Source of the DNA: Pecten maximus
Taxonomy: Eukaryota
Assembly (NCBI RefSeq): GCF_902652985.1
Contig: NC_047028.1
Span: forward strand, 30,752,001-30,816,000
Length of the DNA: 64,000 nt
Reading direction: 5' to 3'
The notes under the pieces were generated by a model, which ran no database searches, was not told the DNA's origin, and saw only the letters and a program-made list of their open reading frames with translations. Shown piece by piece: positions 42,531 through 51,400 of this stretch. A program made the position numbers and the translations under genes. How positions within the stretch are numbered: the stretch's first letter is position 1; each line of letters starts with the position of its first letter.

Positions 42531-42788
42531 TGGAAGAAAGTCTTTTTTTCTGTTAAACAACTCTCCCAAATATTTTTCGAAAGACTTCAAACTTAGGAAA
42601 GGGTTCAATGTATTAAGAGCTCCGCCCAATTTATGACAGGTTTGGTAATGGCAGATGAGAAGAGAAGTCTTACAAAATCAGTTAATTTTATCTCATATTA
42701 CATGTTCAACAAAACATCTAACTTTTGTATAAGACTTTACTTTTTTTTTTTCTTCGAGTTTCAGGCAATACTTCATGGCTCAACAGAA

Positions 42789-42820
42789 CAGAGACATATA
42801 CAGACATTTATATGTCTCTG
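42789..42820. mobile_element. 32-bp TIR remnant with 7-bp TSD (P-element-like footprint)
   Basis: AACAGAA|CAGAGACATATA-cagacatt-TATATGTCTCTG|AACAGAA. Confidence 0.75.
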
Positions 42821-43334
42821 AACAGAATTTATAGTTTTGTCGATCTATAATGACATGTTTACTCATAACCTCAAAAATGATTACCTTCAATATGTCAGGA
42901 AAGCGGGGTATATAGATTCCACGAATTCGCTTGTTCTTTTTATAAAGGTCAGAAAATTCTTGATTCGACCCGAAGTATCACTAATTACCGCAAAGACATA
43001 CGTTATTTGTATATGTTACATCTTTTTCCTGTACATTTCGGCGTTAATTTCATTACATGTAGGCACAAACACTCAAATTTATTATCATCGTTCGGACATA
43101 TATTTCACCAATAGAAATTGGTGAAATTTCTACACCATCATAATACAAATAGCCCTTAAATTCCTTAAAATATTAAACATCACATTTGATCATAGCTGTT
43201 GTATTTCAATCAATCAGATTGATTCGAAATATATATGGGAATACATTCTACAAACATGAATGATAATGCATTGTTGTTGTGAAAGACAAGCCTTTATTAA
43301 GCCCTAATAATGAATGCAATCGAACGCACCTTAG

Positions 43335-43422
43335 CGTAACCGGAAGTCAAACATCAATGGCATCACACTCGGAAAGTTGAAAAAGTACAACCGTTTTTAC
43401 CTGTCCATCAAGGAAATTCAAG
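43335..43422 (+). promoter_or_regulatory. Putative promoter and non-coding first exon of the Rad21-like gene
   Basis: Local CpG enrichment, ETS-type ACCGGAAGT at 43339-43347, uORF MASHSES* at 43357-43380, donor aag|gtagaa at 43423. Confidence 0.5.
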
Positions 43423-45427
43423 GTAGAAATCGATTTTTTCTGATATATTTATTGATATTTAAGGCACCTAAAGTAATGAAGATCAGTATGCACGATGCAA
43501 ATGTAGCATCGGTAGATTAATAGCAACAGCATTCCTCCGTGCTCGCGATCAACAGACAGTGCCCGAATTCGAAGTGCCCATACGCGTTCTCAAATTTCCA
43601 TTTTCCGCATATATTATTGTAGGTAATACTCGCTATGTATATCCAATATTTACTACCATCATTAAGTAGTTATGACAAATTTAAATCATGGATGCACTTT
43701 ATCACGTGATGTTGTTTTATATAAAATACACATTGCATTATTGATCAGCGTCTCTAGCAGGTATTGATCGTTTCTCTCTTTATCAGTATAAAATTGAAAT
43801 TGTGGATTTTTTGTTTTAATTAGGAAAATATTTCCATCCCCACGAGGCCCTAACACACATTCAGGAATAGAAACATTTTACTTCCAACGTCTGCATGACT
43901 GCATACTAAAATTTATGTTTGTAATAAGGCTTAATGATATTTTACTGTGCAATTTATACAATCGTTGGGAATTAAATAATGGCAAGTAGGTTGACAATAA
44001 GGCTGTGTGGTCAAATACTTCGAAAATTTCTTTTCGAAATATTGTGTAAACATTGTCACAGCATGCAATTTTGATTTATATATAAAATGATTTGTGAAAT
44101 GTAATATTTCAATGTAATATATATATTCAAATCATAAATTTTATCATCTGTTCTCAATAATTATAGCTATCAATTATGCATATTCAAATGTACATCAACA
44201 ATATTCAGTTATACATTATATTTAATCAACAACTCCAAAGAGTTATATTTATTTTGGTAAAAAATCCTGAATTGGAGTTGCTTCCCCTACAACATATTCA
44301 TTCATATAATGAGATATATGAACCTTTTGGAGCCAGGTGTGTTTGTGAACCAACTTGAAATTTATCTTTAGCTTCAGGGAAATATCACTGATTCTCAGTT
44401 TGAAGATCATTACATCTGTCTGAAAGCAGGTTTATAATTACGTATTAATATACAATAGATAAGATGGGGAGAACCAACACTCCTGCCATCTCAAATTTCA
44501 GCAGTGACGTCCCTGCAGGACAGATATAGCTTGTAGTGTTTAGTAGCTATATATATAGAAATCCTCATTATGTGGTACACACATAAAAAAAAATACACAT
44601 AATAACCAAGCATATTTTGGGTCATGAATTTAAGGGAAAATTTCAGAGGTTTGAAGAAAAAAATCTGGACAGGAATTATCTTTTGTACTTTATGAAATTC
44701 ATAAGAAATATAATGAATTTCCCCCCAAAATACATGCTGAGTGAAACATCTGGTGGCCATGGTTTAAGATATATCCCGTCCTATACCCAATCATCTGGCC
44801 TACATGTTTGGATCAAGAAAATAAATTAATCAGTTTCAGTTAAACAAAAGTTTTTGAATTTTGCCATTTAAAGTGATGATTTACATACAACTATCTTTAA
44901 ATGTATTTATATATATGAGAATGAGTTACAAATGAAGTTCTTTGTAGCCATCTGTAGACCTAATTCTGAATTAAGTCACTATCATGAAATAAGTGACTAC
45001 CAAATCATTCACGATAGAGACATGTATCATATTTATCAACAAATTATAATTAGCTCCTGCCCACAAACAAGCCATCTCTTAGATTTAACAGAATCTTGAA
45101 ATTTTTAAAACAGAAACCAAAAATGGTTGAAAAATTTAATAAGCTCTAAGCTTCAGAACTAAAATTTTATACTGGGGCGGGGGGGGGGGGGGGGGGGGGG
45201 GGGCCTTATTTGAGGATGGATATGGTAATGAACATGTAGATAAAGTGATAACTGAGTACTGGCGAATTGAGATAAACTTTCTTCACTATAAAGTTTGTCA
45301 GATATTTGAAGAGATCAAAAATATACATGATATTCCTAAAAAATTTTCCTTTTATCATCTTGCAAACAATATGTTGTAATTGTTTGCAGCTTAAAAGAAG
45401 AGGAGGATAATCTACACAGTGACCAAG

Positions 45428-45470
45428 ATGGAACCTGGATCTGCTGAACCAACAAAAATAGCAGTGTCAG
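45428..45470 (+). CDS. Coding exon 1 (MEPGSAEPTKIAVS); the exon starts at 45390 with 5' UTR
   Basis: Acceptor tgtttgcag|45390, donor cag|gtatta at 45471, phase 1. Confidence 0.7.
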
Positions 45471-48400
45471 GTATTATGTCCATTTTGAATAACCCTTTCA
45501 TCATCAGGCAGCGCGCAGGGGGCCGCAGTGGCCGAATGGTTAAGGTGTCCCAACACTTAATCTCTAAAAGCCTTCCATCTATAGGGGTCATGATTTCGAA
45601 ACCCAGGTGAGGCAGTTGTTTGGTATTGAGCATATGCTGTTGGTTTTCTCCGGGTACTCCGTCCTTAAGTGACTTAAATAGGACTTTAAAGAAAATAAAA
45701 ACCAAACCACTGCTTTCATCATACATATATATAGTATATTTAAAGGCCTTTGAGTTGATAATTAGACAGTATTTTGTTAAAAGATAATTTTTGCTGATTA
45801 AATTACATTGATGTTTATTTTGGCAGGAATTCTGTTTATTTATGAGAATGTGAGAAAAATAATCAAACATAGGTCTGCTCTGTGGACAGGGATATCTCTA
45901 CCCCCTGCATGTGGAAGAGTTTGGCTGGTCATGCATGCATGAGATTTGAGAACAGCCGAACTCTTACACTCGGGCTGAGATATTCCGGTCCATGGAACAG
46001 GCCGTTGTGATGACATTCATGAACTTTTTGCTAACTAGGCTATAGTAATCTTGTATTTTATAAATATGAAAAATCTTTTTTTAAATATTTGGAACTAAAG
46101 TGAATATTTTTTTGTAGATAATCAGAACAAGAAAGGGGAGACAATTGATGTAGCAGTTGCTGAACAAGACGATAAAGAAGCCACAACTCCTGTAAAGGCA
46201 GGCCAGAATACAGCAGAGTTCCAACAAGGTTGGTATATACATAATGTATATATATACTATATGTATGTGATTATAAACTCAATGTTGTTCTCTGATCAGA
46301 CTCTGAACCACTGTGTGGTCTTATGTTTTTCAAATCACAGCAATTTTCCCCCCAAACAATATAAAACAAAAAATATACCTCACTGTTTGAAACCTGATTT
46401 GTAAATTCACATTTACCTTGAATTTGTTTAATATTGATATAAACAATTTATTACAGTTGAGGACATCAGGCCGCAGTGGCCGTGTGGTTAAGGTGTCCCA
46501 ACACTTTATCACTAGCCCTCCACCTCTGGGTTGCAAGCTTGAAACCCAAGTGGGGCAGTTGCCTGGTACTGACCGTAGGTCGGTGGTTTTTATTCTCCGG
46601 GTACTCCGGCTTTCCTCCACCTCCAAAACCTGGCACGTCCTTAAATGACCCTGGCTGTTAATAGGACGTTAAACAAAAACAAACAAAATCAGGTCATGGC
46701 TGCTGATATTGTCAACAGTCTGATGTCTTGGGTTGTAATATTTGTAGCTCAACTACCTGGTTGGGTAGTTGGGTGGCACAGTGGTAACACACTTGCCTTT
46801 CACCTAGGCGGCCAGGGTTTGATTCCCCGGTAAGACGTGATATGAGGCCACCTGCCCGACCATGTGGGTATTTTTGGGTACTTCGGTTTCCGTACACAAT
46901 AAAACCTCTCGCACTTCCATCCAGGCCAACAAGTGTGATTAATATAAGTTGATATAGCTTGTTTCACAATCGTTGTAAAATAAATAAAGTTTACATTACC
47001 TGGTATCAGTGGTAATGTGTATTAACTCTTTAACATGATCTGGTAAAATTCTCCTGATTTTCCCCCAAAACATATAGGTAAATGAAAGCCTCCCCCATCA
47101 GTAGCCTCCTTTTAATTAAATCTAAAAGGTATGTACAATGTACCAATGTCTGGTGGTGAGTCAGGAAGTGCTTGTTGTACAGATACAGAACCTACCCTGT
47201 GACGTTCATGTACCCATACAGAGTCTATCCTGTGAAGTTCATGTACCCATACAGAGTCTACTCTGTGAAGTTCATGTACCCATACAGACTCTACCCTGTG
47301 AAGTTCATGTACCCATACAGAGTCTACCCTGTGAAGTTCATGTACCCATACAGAGTCTACCCTGTGAAGTTCATGTACCCATACAGACTCTACCCTGTGA
47401 AGTTCATGTACCCATACAGACTCTACCCTGTGAAGTTCATGTACCCATACAGAGTCTACTCTGTGAAGTTCATGTACCCATACAGAGTCTACCCTGTGAA
47501 GTTCATGTACCGTTCCAGAGTCTACCCTGTGAAGTTCATGTACCGTTACAGAGTCTACCCTGTGAAGTTCATGTACCGTTACAGAGTCTACCCTGTGAAG
47601 TTCATGTACCCATACAGAGTCTACCCTGTGAAGTTCATGTACCCATACAGAGTCTACCCTGTGAAGTTCATGTACCCATACAGAGTCTACCCTGTGAAGT
47701 TCATGTTAGTTGTAAATGGTTCTAACACTACAGTTTCAGAATCCCCAACCACTGTCATTGCAATTATTGGAGAGGATGAGGATGGCGAGGCCATCGATAT
47801 GTCTGACATCCGAGTCCTCGAAGATTTGGACACCGAAAATAAATCTCCAGAAAAGGAAGAAATTGTACCTGATCAGACAGAAAATTTGGAGGATGACGAG
47901 GATGGAGACAACAAAGATTCTCGGGTGAAAAAAAGTATGTTAGAAATGGTTGTATGAAGAAAACATCTTCTTTATCTGGCTTTACTCTCAAGAGCAACTT
48001 TTTTATAGGCCCTCTACACAGTCCACGATACAATTAAGTTTATGTCAGAAATCAGTGATGAAGGTATGGATTTCCTAGACACCACTATATTTTTAACAAG
48101 GATAGGACACTAGGTAGTCTGTATATATAACTATCCTACCAATGTGTTCCAGTACCTACATTATAGTAGTAACCACCCCAAGGATAGGACACTAGGGTTG
48201 GTATTTTGAGACAAGTCCCTGTATTCCTCACTGTGTCCACTCTGGACAACAATACAACAATAAGTTATATATATAAGTGATATTTTTTTTAGGGAAGTCT
48301 GACGAGTAGTTATACATAATAAGATATTTGTTTTCAGAGAAGTCTTACGATTGGTTTTACATAATACGATATTTGTTTTTAGAGAAGTCTTACAAGTCGT

Positions 48401-51400
48401 TATACATAATACGATATTTGTTTTTAGAAAAGTCTTACGAGTAATTATACATAATATGATATTTGTTTTTAGGGAAGTCTTACAAGTAATTATACATAAT
48501 ACGATATTTGTTTTTAGAGAAGTCTTACAAGTAATTATACATAATATGATATTTGTTTTTAGGGAAGTCTTACAAGTAGTTATACATAATATGATATTTG
48601 TTTTTAGAGAAGTCTTAAGATTAGTTTTACATAATATGATTTTTGTTTTCAGAGAAGTCTTACGATTAGTTTTGCATAAGACGATATTTGTTTTCAGAGA
48701 AGTCTTACGAGTAGTTTTAAATAACATGATATTTTTTTTTAGAAAAGTCTTAAGATTAGTTTTACATAATATGATATTTGTTTTTAGGGAAGTCTTACGA
48801 GTAGTTTTACATAATATGATTTTTGTTTTCAGAGAAGTCTTACGAGTTTTTCTACCCAGACATGGTGTCAACTTTGGAACTAGCTCTCCGTGGCTTACCA
48901 GGAATGGCTAACTGTCAAAAGTCCAAAGTAATTGTTCCACAAAAGGATTCCCCATCTAAGGGACCTTCACAGACGGGATCCCCACCAAAGAGGCCAACTC
49001 TAATAAGAGACTTTGCAAAAGAAGCTAAGAAAGGTATTTTGTTATCACAGCAAGATATACATTGTCTTCCTCATTAGATTGTGCCTTGTGCAGTTTCATA
49101 ATCGGAGAGAAAAAAAATCACAAAACATGTATGGTAAGAGCAACAAAAGCTGTCATGTGATTGTTTTTAGTCAAACAAATAAATTCTTTACTATATTGTA
49201 TATCAGACATGTTTTCTTTCCACTTCTCGAGAAGAGCAATATATTGAGAGTAAAAAAAAAATTTGAGTGATTTTGGATTTAGTTTTAGTATATCAGACAT
49301 ATTTCTTTCCACTTCTCTAGAAGAGCAATATATTGAGAGTAAAAAAATTTTTTTTTTAAAAATGAGTGATTTTAGAATTGGCTAAAACTTACTGTAACAT
49401 TATATACACTGTATACTTACTGGTAAAGCAGAAACGGCCAGACAAATAATTAGGTAAAATTTTTGCAGAAAATCTTTTGAACTTAATATACTGTTTGTTA
49501 TTATCATAGTTGTATATCTGAACCTAAATCTGTACCAAAGCTGATACTAATACTTTATCATAGGTTATTTTAGCGAGGGTAAAGTTTAAATTCTAACATA
49601 AAAATTCTAGCAATAACAGTAATTTAAGGAAGAATTTTAGTGTGATGTTAATATGATATAACTAGCAGTTCATATTTTTAGCATTTCATAGCCAGTCACT
49701 AAATTAGCTGAAATTTGCCCCTCACTAAACTAATCCTCTGTACGTTATATTGATTTTACAGTATATTTCTGATCATTAATGGTAAATTTCAGCATTGAAA
49801 AAGTCTGGGAATATTGTTGACGTTAGAGCGACTCGTAAATCAACACGCAATTCAGGAAACCTCCCAAAACCTGTCTACTGTTCTGGAAATGTTGCTACAG
49901 CGCAGACGGTCGGCCCAAAAAAGGTGGACCAACCGAAAGTAGTACTGGGAAAGAAACAGGGAAAAGAATCCAAAGAGGCTAAACTTGAAACTCCATCGGA
50001 GCCGGTAGCTAAGAAAACCAGAAACACACCAAAGACAACTGGAAAGAAATCTAAAGTGATGCCTCAGGCTGTTGCTAAGCAACCAAAGGTCACACCCCAG
50101 GCTGTTGCTAAGCAACCAAAGGTCACACCTCAGGCTGTTGCTAAGCAACAAAAGGTCACACCTCAGGCTGTTGCTAAGCAACCAAAGGTCACACCTCAGG
50201 CTGTTGCTAAGCAACCAAAGGTCACACCTCAGGCTGTTACTACTCAACCAAAGGTCACACCCCAAGCTGTTACTACTCAACCAAAGGTCACACCCCAAGC
50301 TGTTACTACTCAACCAAAGGGCATGCCTCAGGCTGCTGTTAAGCGACCAACATTCACATTTGCATTGGAGCCAAAACCAGCCAATCAAACTAAACCAAAT
50401 GTCACATTTGGTCCAATGAAACCCTGCGGCCCAGAGACATATGTGGTTGCCCCTGGGGGCAGCCATATGGAAATTAAGTACCCTCTACCTTCTAACTCGG
50501 TATTCCGCCAATCTGCCCCCCGTATGCGGGAGTGGAGGAAAAAAGGTAAGGTTTTAATCCTGTGTATTTTGTGTGGTATACCTTGTTATTAAAAAAAAAC
50601 CTCCGTCTGTGTGTTGTGTGTGGTATGCATAATTATTGAAGAAAAGTAAAACATCCTGTGTGTTTTTAGCCCACCGTCATAAGATAGTGGGCTATTCAAA
50701 TCACCCTGTGGTCCGTCGTCTGTCATTCGTCCGTCTGTAAACCATCCTTGTTATCACCATTTCTTGAAAAGTACAGGAGAGATGTTCCTCAAACTTCATA
50801 TGTAGGTTCCCCTTGGTCCTTAGTTGTGCCATTTCAATTTAGATTTTTGGTCAGAAAAAAAAAATGGCTGACAATTGGTCATCTTGGATTTTTAGAAGTG
50901 AAGTTTGTTATCGCTATTTCTTGAAAAGTACTGGAGGGATGTTTCTCAAACATAACGAGAATAGGTTCCCCATGGTCCCTAGTTGTGCCAATTTAATTTA
51001 GGTTTTTGATCAGGAAAAAAAAATCACTGACAGACAGCCATCTTGGATTTTGAGAATTGAAGTTTGTTATTGCTATTTCTTGAAAAGTATACTGGAGGGA
51101 TATCAGATATCTGATTATTGAGAGGAAAAGAAAAAAGAAGGGAAAATTAGAGAGAAGATCAATCTGGCATAGAACCAATCAAGATCAATTCAACGGTGGG
51201 CGCCATGATCCCTCTGGGATCTCTTGTACCAACAAATAATGTTATTGATCTGGTGAAATACAGATTTATGTTTTAACAATAAACAAGAAATTGTTTAATT
51301 GTATAAAATGGTTAAAAATAATCTACAGTAAAACTTTGAGTGGATTATTCCAATATTCAGTTGTTGGATTAGAAAGGTCATAACAGATATATAATTTGAA

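Noticed and set aside
46469-46560. tRNA genes at SINE heads (also ~8560-8641, 45518, 46771, 56071)
   Set aside because: A and B boxes are present but continue into SINE cores and tails; I could not fold a complete cloverleaf.
47138-47733. ORFs 47138-47725 and 47172-47957 with (YPVKFMYPYRV)n or (PCEVHVPIQSL)n
   Set aside because: They come from a stop-free 33-bp intronic minisatellite. One frame runs into exon 3, but no good phase-compatible YAG acceptor lies upstream.
48161-48911. 236-aa and 186-aa repetitive ORFs
   Set aside because: Read-through of the 45-bp splice-acceptor array in non-coding frames.
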